Shown here: positions 9,224-16,769 of the stretch, piece after piece
Position numbering within the stretch: the first letter of the stretch is position 1
Layout of the letters: every line of letters begins with the position of its first letter
NCBI GenBank assembly: GCA_949287905.1
Contig: CASEHX010000009.1
Location: 23,365-87,364, forward strand
Length of the DNA stretch: 64,000 bases
Source: an uncultured Olsenella sp.
Lineage (GTDB): Bacteria; Actinomycetota; Coriobacteriia; Coriobacteriales; Atopobiaceae
Direction of reading: 5' to 3'
Program-made: the position numbers and the translations under genes
The notes under the pieces: generated by a model
Seen by the model: only the letters and a program-made list of their open reading frames with translations
What the model was told of the DNA's origin: nothing
The model's database searches: none

Positions 9224-9844
9224 ATGTCCTACTGCGACTGGGACACCACCGATGAGCTCTGCCTGCGCTACCACGACGAAGAGTGGGGCGTACCGCTGCA
9301 CGACGACCGCGGGCAGTTTGAGTTCCTCTCGCTCGAGGTCATGCAGTGCGGGCTCAACTGGACCATGATGCTGCACAAGCGCGAGGTGTTCCGCGCGTGC
9401 TTCGCGGGCTTCGACTTTGACGCCGTGGCGGCGTTCGGCTCGGATGACGTTGAGCGCATCCTGGAGGCGCCGGGGATGATCCGCTCTCGCCGCAAGGTCG
9501 AGGCCATCATCGGCAACGCGCGCTGCTTTCAACAGGTACGTGAGGAGTTTGGCAGCTTTGACGCCTACCTCTGGGGCTTCTCGGACGGCAAGACGATTCT
9601 CTACAACAAGCACGCTGACGGGTGGATCCCCGTGAGCAACGGCCTCTCGGCGCGTATTGCGGCTGACCTGCGCCGACGCGGCTTCAAGTATCTGGGCCCC
9701 ACGACGGTCTACTCACACCTCCAAGCCTGCGGCATCATCAACGATCACGGTCGCGACTGCCCGCGCTACGCGGAGATCAACGCCCTGGGCCCCACGATCG
9801 AGAAGCGTCGCCACCTCGAGAAGGACGTCCGCCACTACGAGTGA
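9224..9844 (+). CDS. tag: DNA-3-methyladenine glycosylase I
   Basis: MSYCDWDTTDELCLRYHDEEWGVPLHDDRGQFEFLSLEVMQCGLNWTMML matches the Tag signature. Confidence 0.9.
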   Translation: MSYCDWDTTDELCLRYHDEEWGVPLHDDRGQFEFLSLEVMQCGLNWTMMLHKREVFRACFAGFDFDAVAAFGSDDVERILEAPGMIRSRRKVEAIIGNARCFQQVREEFGSFDAYLWGFSDGKTILYNKHADGWIPVSNGLSARIAADLRRRGFKYLGPTTVYSHLQACGIINDHGRDCPRYAEINALGPTIEKRRHLEKDVRHYE

Positions 9845-9874
9845 TCCAAAAGGGGACAGACCTCTTTTGGATCA
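9842..9874. repeat. palindromic hairpin element, family P (P3)
   Basis: tgatccaaaaggggacagacctcttttggatca. Its first TGA is the tag stop codon. Confidence 0.75.
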
Positions 9875-9876
9875 CA

Positions 9877-9955
9877 GGTCTGGAGATTCTTGACGCAATG
9901 TGTCAAGAAAGTGCACGCAGTGGGTGCGCAATTCGAGACGCGCCGTGTTTCGAAT
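9877..9955 (+). repeat. 79-nt direct repeat R1 (three consecutive hairpins), left flank of the yhcG-2 module
   Basis: ggtctggagattcttgacgcaatgtgtcaagaaagtgcacgcagtgggtgcgcaattcgagacgcgccgtgtttcgaat. About 86% identical (manual alignment) to 11685-11763. Confidence 0.8.
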
Positions 9956-9980
9956 CGAAATATCCGGAAAAAGATACTAG

Positions 9981-9994
9981 CGAACAAACGTTCT
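9981..9994 (+). promoter_or_regulatory. candidate LexA (Cheo/SOS) box overlapping a promoter
   Basis: CGAACAAACGTTCT fits GAAC-N4-GTTC. A TATACT -10 hexamer follows at 10012-10017. The site is about 210 nt upstream of the DUF1016 copy-2 ATG. Confidence 0.45.
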
Positions 9995-10206
9995 CAACTG
10001 TGCTATACTCTCACCAAGGTACGGGAGCGACAAGAGCGGCACGGAGGCCCCCAATGGTACGTGTCGGCGGGTGACCAGGGGCAGTAGGGACTGGTCACAC
10101 TTGAAGCTCTCGGGCGGGCACGCGCCCCCGTCGTCCGGCACCCCAAAAGTCCGGAGCTCACAGTCTGTGCAGGTTTATTTGCCGTGAGTGAGACGGGGGT
10201 TCAGTT

Positions 10207-11253
10207 ATGGCCAAGAAGTCCATCAAGCAGTTTGACGAGAAGAACGACGAGCAGGTTTACGTATCCGTTCGCGAGACGCTGGAGTCCGCGCGCGGCAAGG
10301 TGGAGCGTGCTGTCAACAGCGCTATGGTCGAGGCGTACTGGGAGATTGGGCGTCAGATCGTGGAGGCAACGGGGGAGCGCGCAGAGTACGGGAAGCATCT
10401 GGTGCGATATCTTGCCGAAAGGCTGACGGCGGAGTATGGGAAAGGGTTTGACTACACCAATCTCACCAATATGCGTAAGTTCTACCAAGCCTTTCCAATT
10501 CTTGACACAGTGTGTCAAGAATTGAGCTGGTCGCATTACCGCAGGCTGATGCGTATTCCCAACCAAGAACAGCGTGAATTTTATATGCACGCAGCGGCTG
10601 AGGAACATTGGACCGTTCGTCAGCTCGACCACCAGATCGCAACGTTCTATCGCGAGCGCCTGCTCTCCTCGCAGGGAGAGAAGCGCGAACTCATTCGCTC
10701 TGAGATTCAACGTTCCGAGCCGGCGACGACAGCGGACGACTTCATCAAGGACCCGTACGTACTGGACTTCCTGGACCTGGGCGGTCGCACGGACTTTGAC
10801 GAACACCAGCTTGAGCAGGCGCTCATGACGCGGCTGCAGGAGTTCATGTTGGAGCTGGGACGCGGCTTTGCCTTTGTTGGCCGCCAGTACCGGCTCGACA
10901 GCGAGCAGGCGAGCTACTACGTCGACCTCGTCTTCTACAACATCAAGCTCAAGTGCTACGTGCTCATCGAGCTCAAGACGCGCCCGCTCAACGCCAAGGA
11001 CGTTGGTCAGATGGACTTCTATGTCCGTCTGTTCAACGAGAAGTACGCGGGCACTGGCGACAACCCGACCATCGGACTCATCCTCTGTTCGAGCTCCGAC
11101 CGGACGGTGGCAAAGTACTCCGCGCTTGCCGACGGCAAGGGACTCTTCGCGTCGAGCTACGTCACATGCCTGCCTACCGAGGAGGAGCTGACCGACGCCC
11201 TCGAGCCCACACGCCGTGCGATTGCTGAGGCCCGTGCGGAGCGAGACGAGTAA
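10207..11253 (+). CDS. DUF1016/YhcG-family PD-(D/E)xK nuclease (copy 2)
   Basis: ...NMRKFYQAFPILDTVCQELSWSHYRRLM...KDPYVLDFLDL...GFAFVGRQYRLDSEQASYYVDLVFYNIKLKCYVLIELKTRPL. G+C is visibly lower than in the flanks. Confidence 0.9.
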   Translation: MAKKSIKQFDEKNDEQVYVSVRETLESARGKVERAVNSAMVEAYWEIGRQIVEATGERAEYGKHLVRYLAERLTAEYGKGFDYTNLTNMRKFYQAFPILDTVCQELSWSHYRRLMRIPNQEQREFYMHAAAEEHWTVRQLDHQIATFYRERLLSSQGEKRELIRSEIQRSEPATTADDFIKDPYVLDFLDLGGRTDFDEHQLEQALMTRLQEFMLELGRGFAFVGRQYRLDSEQASYYVDLVFYNIKLKCYVLIELKTRPLNAKDVGQMDFYVRLFNEKYAGTGDNPTIGLILCSSSDRTVAKYSALADGKGLFASSYVTCLPTEEELTDALEPTRRAIAEARAERDE

Positions 11254-11317
11254 TTCGCTTATTTTGATGTCGACGACTCTTCCTATTCGATCACGAACAA
11301 ACGGGACGGTAAGTGCT

Positions 11318-11626
11318 ATGGGTAAACTAGTGGAAGGGAGACTGAGGAGGCCGGTTCAGGTGATGTGGGGCTACGTGCAACTTGCCGATGAGACCCAGGT
11401 TGCCTACTCCGACCTTCGCGAGGACGGTACGCTCGAGGTTGCCGTAGAGAGGCCCGTTGACATGGGTTTCGATTCCGCGCGATGCCTGTTGCCGGCTCAT
11501 AGGTGGTTTGATGTAACAGGTTTCTCGGGTGAAGAGCTGGCAGAACTCGACGTCTTTGTCCGGAATAACGCGCCGTTCATCTTTGAGCTGGCAGAGCGTC
11601 GTGCCTCAGAGCAGGCGATTGCCTAG
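11318..11626 (+). CDS. hypothetical small protein downstream of yhcG-2
   Basis: ORF 11216..11626. The start is uncertain. GAGGAGG at 11344-11350 favours GTG 11360 or ATG 11363 (about 88 aa, VMWGYVQLADETQVAYSDLREDG...). No family recognised. Confidence 0.4.
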   Translation: MGKLVEGRLRRPVQVMWGYVQLADETQVAYSDLREDGTLEVAVERPVDMGFDSARCLLPAHRWFDVTGFSGEELAELDVFVRNNAPFIFELAERRASEQAIA

Positions 11627-11654
11627 ATTGTGAACTCAGTGCGTTCACAGCCCT

Positions 11655-11681
11655 GATTCGGCACACGCCGTGTGCCGAATC
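11655..11681 (+). terminator. stem-loop downstream of the small ORF (terminator-like, no U-tract)
   Basis: gattcggcaca-cgccg-tgtgccgaatc, an 11-bp perfect stem. Confidence 0.45.
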
Positions 11682-11684
11682 CTT

Positions 11685-11763
11685 GGCTTGGAGATTCTGG
11701 ACTCAATGCGTCAAGAAAGTGCACGCAGCGTGTGCACAATTCGAGACGCACGGTGTCTCGAAT
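11685..11763 (+). repeat. 79-nt direct repeat R2, right flank of the yhcG-2 module
   Basis: ggcttggagattctggactcaatgcgtcaagaaagtgcacgcagcgtgtgcacaattcgagacgcacggtgtctcgaat. Same length and orientation as R1. Confidence 0.8.
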
Positions 11764-11773
11764 TGACGGAGCG

Positions 11774-12262
11774 CTACAGATCAACCACGCGGACGTCGTG
11801 GCAGTGCGCGCGCAGCAGCATGATCAGGTCCGTCGTGGCGAGAAGGACGGTTGCGGTGTTGTCGCAGGGGTGAACGGTCACCCGCCCGGCATCGACGAGC
11901 GCCTGGTCGAGCACGACCTCCACGTGCCGCTCGGCATCGTTCAGCGCGCCGAGCGGCGTGACGGCGCCCGGCACCAAGCCGAGCATCGCGCGCAGGTCCT
12001 GCTCGCTCGCAAACGAGAGTCGCCGCGACCCCAGGCTTTCCTGGATCTCTCGCAGCGAGACGTTCTTCTCGTCCGGAAGGCAGACGAGGTAGTACGCACG
12101 GTGCTTGTCGTCCCGCAGAAAGAGGTTCTTGGCGCCGAGCTCGCGATGGGGGATGCCCGCGGCCACAGCCTCCGCGACGGTGTAGACCGCCACGTGCTCG
12201 TAGAGCTCGTAGGCAATCCCCTCGTGGTCGAGCAACTCCAGCGTCTCGGCTTTTCCGTACAT
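11774..12262 (-). CDS. YbaK/ProX-type aminoacyl-tRNA deacylase (prolyl-tRNA synthetase-associated domain)
   Basis: 162 aa. ...GAKNLFLRDDKHRAYYLVCLPDEKNVSLREIQESLGSRRLSFASEQDLRAMLGLVPGAVTPLG. Confidence 0.85.
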   Translation of the reverse strand: MYGKAETLELLDHEGIAYELYEHVAVYTVAEAVAAGIPHRELGAKNLFLRDDKHRAYYLVCLPDEKNVSLREIQESLGSRRLSFASEQDLRAMLGLVPGAVTPLGALNDAERHVEVVLDQALVDAGRVTVHPCDNTATVLLATTDLIMLLRAHCHDVRVVDL

Positions 12263-12334
12263 GATGACCTCCCTTACCCCAGCTTAGCGGTAGAGTGGGG
12301 GAAACGCAGGACCTTTCGTCAGACGGAGGCGGAC

Positions 12335-13828
12335 ATGGCAGACGAGCAGAGCGTCCAGCAGCAGACCACCCAGGCAACGGACGAGGTGATTACGGCCCCG
12401 GCCGAGAAACGCCTAGGCCTCCCGGAAGCCGCGAGCAAGGACCTTGCGTGGGAGACAGACGGCCAGCGCATCGACTACACCGCCACGGCCGCCCACCTCG
12501 ACGTCCGCACGGACACCGGCTCGCTCATCGGCAAGATGTTCAGCCTCTCCTACGTGGCCAAGCTCGAGGGCGAGAAGAGCGCCCGCCCCGTGACCTTCTG
12601 CTACAACGGCGGCCCGGGCAGCTCGTCGGTCCCCGTGAACCTCGGCGGCATCGGCCCGCGCCGCGTGGCCACGGACGGCACCGCGCACCTCTCCCTGCCC
12701 GCGCGCGTTGAGGACAACCCCCACACGCTGCTACGCCAGAGTGACCTCGTCTTCCTGGACGCGCTCGGCACCGGCTACTCGGCCATCGCCGAGGGCGTGG
12801 ACCCCAAGACCGTCTGGGGCGTGGACGGCGACGCGGATGCCTTCGCCCGCGCGATCGTCGCGTGGCTCACGGCCAACCACCGCTGGGGCTCGCCGGTCTA
12901 CCTCTTCGGCGAGTCGTACGGCACGATCCGCAACGCCGTCCTCATGCGCGTGCTGGGCGAGAAGAACGTGCCCGTGCGTGGCGTCATCATGCTCTCCGCG
13001 ATCTTCGATTGGGTGCAGACCCTGCCCGGCGAGGACCTCTACTACCTGGGCATGCTGCCGACCTTTGCCGCGACGGCCCACTACTTCGGCCGCGCCGGCA
13101 AGGGCGCCGACGAGGTCCAGTGGTTCGAGGACGCGATGGACTTCACCGAGCGCGTCTACGCCCCGGCGCTGCTGCGCGGCGACCGCCTGCCCGCGCGCGA
13201 GAAGACCTCCGTGGCGCGGCGCATCTCCAAGTTGATCGGCCTTCCCGTCGAGCAGATCGAGCGGTGCAACCTGCGCGTTGACCTCGACACCTTCCGCCGC
13301 AGCCTGCTCGCGGACGAAGGTCTGGTCACCGGTCGCCTGGACATGCGCTTCACCTCGGCTGCGCCGCTGCCGGTCCAGGGGTCCACGGCCTTCTTTGCCG
13401 CTGAGGACCCGGCTGACGACGCGGTGGAGAGCGTCTGGCACGCCGCCTTCCGCGCGCACCTCGACGAGATCGGCTTTGCCGGCGCGCCCACCTACCTCGT
13501 GAGCAACTACAGCAAGGTAGGCGTGGCCTGGAACTGGACGCACGAGGAGCCTGGCACGGAGGAGCCCGCCACCGCGCCCAACGTCACCTACGACATCGCC
13601 GTGGCCATGAAGCGCAACCCCACGATGCGCCTGCTCATCCTCGGTGGCCGCTACGACGCGGCGACCACCTACTGGAACGTGGTGCACGACATGTCCTGTC
13701 TGTTCCTGCCCCCTGCCCTCAAGGAGCGCGTGAGCTATAGGCTCTACGGCTGCGGCCACATGGCCTACGTCGACGTGCCCACGCTCGAGGCGATGGGCGC
13801 CGACCTCGCGGAGTTCTACGCAAAATGA
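12335..13828 (+). CDS. S10-family serine carboxypeptidase-like peptidase
   Basis: ATG 12335 after GGAGG. FCYNGGPGSSSV...LFGESYGT (catalytic Ser motif). The longer ORF-track N-terminus is antisense to the ProX gene. Confidence 0.85.
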   Translation: MADEQSVQQQTTQATDEVITAPAEKRLGLPEAASKDLAWETDGQRIDYTATAAHLDVRTDTGSLIGKMFSLSYVAKLEGEKSARPVTFCYNGGPGSSSVPVNLGGIGPRRVATDGTAHLSLPARVEDNPHTLLRQSDLVFLDALGTGYSAIAEGVDPKTVWGVDGDADAFARAIVAWLTANHRWGSPVYLFGESYGTIRNAVLMRVLGEKNVPVRGVIMLSAIFDWVQTLPGEDLYYLGMLPTFAATAHYFGRAGKGADEVQWFEDAMDFTERVYAPALLRGDRLPAREKTSVARRISKLIGLPVEQIERCNLRVDLDTFRRSLLADEGLVTGRLDMRFTSAAPLPVQGSTAFFAAEDPADDAVESVWHAAFRAHLDEIGFAGAPTYLVSNYSKVGVAWNWTHEEPGTEEPATAPNVTYDIAVAMKRNPTMRLLILGGRYDAATTYWNVVHDMSCLFLPPALKERVSYRLYGCGHMAYVDVPTLEAMGADLAEFYAK

Positions 13829-13858
13829 TTCAAAAGGGGTCTGTCCCCTTTTGAATCA
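13826..13858. repeat. palindromic hairpin element, family P (P4)
   Basis: tgattcaaaaggggtctgtccccttttgaatca. TGA 13826-13828 is the peptidase stop. TCA 13856-13858 is the stop of the convergent MBL gene. Confidence 0.8.
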
Positions 13859-14518
13859 TCGCTCGAGCTTGCGGATGACCTCGATCGTGGGATCTACCTC
13901 GGCGGCAAAGGCGTCGAAGTCGGCGTAGGTGCCGACGATGCTGCCGTAGTGGGTGGGCACCACGGCGCGCGGCCGCAGCGCGTTCACGAAGGCTGCGGCC
14001 TGGCGAGGGTCGCAGGTGTAGGTGCCGCCGATCGGCACGAGCGCGACGTCGCAGCTCACGACCTCGTTGTCCGGGTTCTGGTCCGTGTCTCCGGAGACGT
14101 AGTAGCGCGTGGGCTCGCCGTCGATCGTGACCACGTAGCCGAGCCAGCCGTTCTCGCGCGGGTGCATGCCCAGGCGCTCGGGCTCCACGTTGTAGGCGGG
14201 CACGGCCTCCACGCAAAGCCCCGGCAGCTCCAGCCTCTCGCCCGCGCCCATGAGGTGCGTCTCGGCAGCGCCCAGCCCCGCGATGTCGCCCGCCATGCTC
14301 GCCGGCGCCACGACCACGGTCTTCTCGCCGGCCACGCGCGCGTAGTCCTCGGGCGAGAGGTGGTCGTAGTGGGCGTGGGTGATCAGCACGTAGTCCGCGT
14401 CGTGCGCGGCCTCGGCGTCGGTCAGCGCAAAGGGGTCAAAGCAGACGACGGTTCCCGCCACCCCCTCGATTCGGATGGCGCTCTGGGTGAACACGCGGAC
14501 GTTCTCGAGGCTGCTCAT
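13856..14518 (-). CDS. MBL-fold metallo-hydrolase
   Basis: 220 aa. ADYVLITHAHYDHLSPED is the HxHxDH motif. Confidence 0.85.
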   Translation of the reverse strand: MSSLENVRVFTQSAIRIEGVAGTVVCFDPFALTDAEAAHDADYVLITHAHYDHLSPEDYARVAGEKTVVVAPASMAGDIAGLGAAETHLMGAGERLELPGLCVEAVPAYNVEPERLGMHPRENGWLGYVVTIDGEPTRYYVSGDTDQNPDNEVVSCDVALVPIGGTYTCDPRQAAAFVNALRPRAVVPTHYGSIVGTYADFDAFAAEVDPTIEVIRKLER

Positions 14519-14575
14519 GGCGGCTCCCCTCCTATAATGGCGTTGCTGTGATTCTACGTTGAGTCGGAGGCCATC

Positions 14576-15103
14576 ATGCGCGAGAAGATCGACGTCACCG
14601 AGTACGCACCCACCATCCTGCGCGAGCTGCCCCAGGGCGTGCTGCTGACCGCGAGCGCGGACGGCCGCGCCAACCCCATGACCATCGGCTGGGGCACGCT
14701 GGGCGTCGAATGGGGCAAGCAGCTCTTCGTTGCGTACGTCCGCAGCAGCCGCTTCACCTACGGCCTCGTTGAGAAGAGCGGAGAGTTCTCGGTCAGCGTG
14801 CCCATGCGCACGGGCGAGAAGGACCTCGACCAGCGCATCAACCAGATCCTGGCGGTCTGCGGATCAAAGAGCGGACGCGACATGGACAAGGTTGCCGAGC
14901 TCGGCCTCACGCTCGTGGACGGCGAGGAGGTTGCCGCCCCCGCCATCAAAGAGCTCCCCCTCACGTTGGAGTGCCGCGTGCTCTACAAGGACGAGCAGAA
15001 CGAGTCGCGCCTCCCGGAGGACCTGCGCGAGCGCTACTACTCCACGGACGCGCCGCACACCGCCTACTATGCGGAGATTGTCTCCGCCTATCTCCTTCGA
15101 TAG
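14576..15103 (+). CDS. flavin reductase-like FMN-binding protein
   Basis: 175 aa. LPQGVLLTASADGRANPMTIGWGTLGVEW is a split-barrel flavin reductase signature. RBS GGAGG. Confidence 0.85.
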   Translation: MREKIDVTEYAPTILRELPQGVLLTASADGRANPMTIGWGTLGVEWGKQLFVAYVRSSRFTYGLVEKSGEFSVSVPMRTGEKDLDQRINQILAVCGSKSGRDMDKVAELGLTLVDGEEVAAPAIKELPLTLECRVLYKDEQNESRLPEDLRERYYSTDAPHTAYYAEIVSAYLLR

Positions 15104-15124
15104 GCCTTTGCGAGTCGCGGGCGA

Positions 15125-16174
15125 CTAGCCCTTTCGGCCGTCGCCCCTGATCGCGCCGCCGATCGCCCCCAGCATGTCCGCGCACCGCTGCGAGGCGGCG
15201 AGCGGCATGACGGGCGACTCCACGCTGCCGTCAAGCAGCAGGTCAACGAAGTGCTCGATCTCGCCGTAGAGGTCGTCCACGGGAAGGGGGAGGTCCAGCT
15301 CCACGGGCTTCTTGCCAGCCCGCTCCAGGCGCGCGTGCGTGGGTCTGTGGGGCTGGTCGACCACGATCTGCCCCTCGGTCCCCACGAGTCTCGTGTAGCG
15401 CGTGTTGTCACGGTCCGCGGCGGCGAGCAGCCGCGCGGTCCCCTCGCCAAAGCGCAGCTCGGCGTCAACGGCGCAGTCCACGCCCGCCTCCCAGCGTGCC
15501 TCGGCACCCGTCACCTCAAACGGTCCGGAGAGGTAGTCCTCGATCCAGGCCGCGCAGTAGATGCCGGTATCCAGCAGCATGCCACCGCCCACCGGCGAGG
15601 ACAGGTAGTCGCCGCCGCGCAAGATGCGGTCCAGCATGGCGTTCTGGAGCACGGCCTCAACGCGCGTCAGCCGCCCGATCGCACCTTGTCCGACGAGCTC
15701 GCGCACGCGCCGGTACAGCGGCAGAAAGCGCGTCTTCATGCCCTCCATGAGAAGGGTTCCCGTCTCATGGGCCGTGCGGGCGAGAAGCGCCGTCTCCTCC
15801 GGGCTCACGCAGAGCGGCTTCTCGCAGAGAACCGCCTTGCCCGCCCTCAGCGCCGCGACCACCCACTCGGCATGGAGGTGATGGGGGAGCGCGACGTAGA
15901 CGGCGTCGACATCAGGTCTGGCGAGAAGGGCGGCGTGGGCCGATCCGGCAACGCCTCCGAGCGCCTCGTCGGAGAGGGCGTCCTCGGTGGACATGCCGTG
16001 CTCGAGCGCGAATGCGGTCGCCTTGGCGGTGCTCCGGCAGCTGATGGCAACGAGCTCCGAGCGCGGCTCGCTTGCGAGGCTGCGCGCGAAGCGGTGGGCG
16101 ATGTTGCCCGCGCCGACGATGCCCCAGCGAACGAGGCTCGACGCTCCGCTGGCCACGCCGTCCTTCTCGCCCAT
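15125..16174 (-). CDS. Gfo/Idh/MocA-family oxidoreductase
   Basis: 349 aa. VRWGIVGAGNIAHRFARSL (Rossmann N-terminus) and VLCEKPL motif. Confidence 0.9.
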   Translation of the reverse strand: MGEKDGVASGASSLVRWGIVGAGNIAHRFARSLASEPRSELVAISCRSTAKATAFALEHGMSTEDALSDEALGGVAGSAHAALLARPDVDAVYVALPHHLHAEWVVAALRAGKAVLCEKPLCVSPEETALLARTAHETGTLLMEGMKTRFLPLYRRVRELVGQGAIGRLTRVEAVLQNAMLDRILRGGDYLSSPVGGGMLLDTGIYCAAWIEDYLSGPFEVTGAEARWEAGVDCAVDAELRFGEGTARLLAAADRDNTRYTRLVGTEGQIVVDQPHRPTHARLERAGKKPVELDLPLPVDDLYGEIEHFVDLLLDGSVESPVMPLAASQRCADMLGAIGGAIRGDGRKG

Positions 16175-16177
16175 GGG

Positions 16178-16459
16178 CTACTTCTTTCCGAAGAGGCCGC
16201 CGAGGCTGTCGGCGATGCCGCCGAGCGGGCTGTTCTCGAGCATGTCGCCGAGATTGCCGGCAAGGTCGCCGAGGTTGTCGACGCCGCCGGAGATGCCGTC
16301 CTTCACGCCGTCGACGATCTTGGAGAGGTCGTCGTCGTTCACGGAGTGGCCCGTGAGGTCCTCGATCGCGCCCTTGGGATCGGTGACGAAGTCCTTGATC
16401 TTCTCGGGGGCGTCCGCGAGGGCGGCGGAGATCTGAGCGATGATTGCCTGGATGTCCAT
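16178..16459 (-). CDS. small acidic Gly/Asp-rich hypothetical protein
   Basis: 93 aa, MDIQAIIAQISAALADAPEKIKDFVTDPKGAIEDLTG...GGLFGKK. RBS GAAAGGA. Its stop is 3 nt before the oxidoreductase start. Confidence 0.55.
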   Translation of the reverse strand: MDIQAIIAQISAALADAPEKIKDFVTDPKGAIEDLTGHSVNDDDLSKIVDGVKDGISGGVDNLGDLAGNLGDMLENSPLGGIADSLGGLFGKK

Positions 16460-16526
16460 GTGATTCCTTTCGTCGTGTTGACACTCGGACTTCGTTCATT
16501 TTCACATAGCGAGGCAGGGTTTGCCG

Positions 16527-16733
16527 CTACGGGCGCATGAGCGCTCTCTCCAGGTTGAGGGCGAGCGGATAGGGGAGCAGCCTGGCGGCAGCATAGAAGG
16601 CGCGCATGTCCGCGGACGGGATGCAGAGGGCGTGTCCGGCGCGAGCGGCCCTCAGGCCGCGCCGCGCCACGCGGCGCACGTCCTCTGCGCCGAGCCCGGA
16701 CGACGCCCCGGTGACGATCGCGATGTTGGCCAT
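16527..16733 (-). pseudogene. truncated short-chain dehydrogenase/reductase remnant
   Basis: ATG 16733 with RBS. MANIAIVTGASSGLG is the SDR TGxxxGxG cofactor motif, but the frame stops after 68 aa and there is no room for the rest of an SDR of about 250 aa. Confidence 0.55.
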
Positions 16734-16769
16734 GGTCGACCTTTCGTGTGACAATGAGACACGTCTGTA

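Noticed and set aside
9841-10087. ORFs 9841..10074 and 9890..10087 (77 and 65 aa), and ORF 11670..11873
   Set aside because: They are translations of the family-P hairpin and the R1/R2 repeats (IQKGTDLF..., LEILDAMCQESARS...). They lack an RBS and their lengths are not conserved.
10020-10200. Independent small RNA or riboswitch between R1 and yhcG copy 2
   Set aside because: Hairpins are present, but I recognised no known family. It is more simply the 5' leader of the nuclease mRNA, and it is mentioned under the SOS-box finding instead.
11672-12334. N-terminal 221 codons of the 718-aa ORF 11672..13828
   Set aside because: This part is antisense to the YbaK/ProX gene and looks non-coding. 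The S10 peptidase homology and a good RBS begin at ATG 12335.
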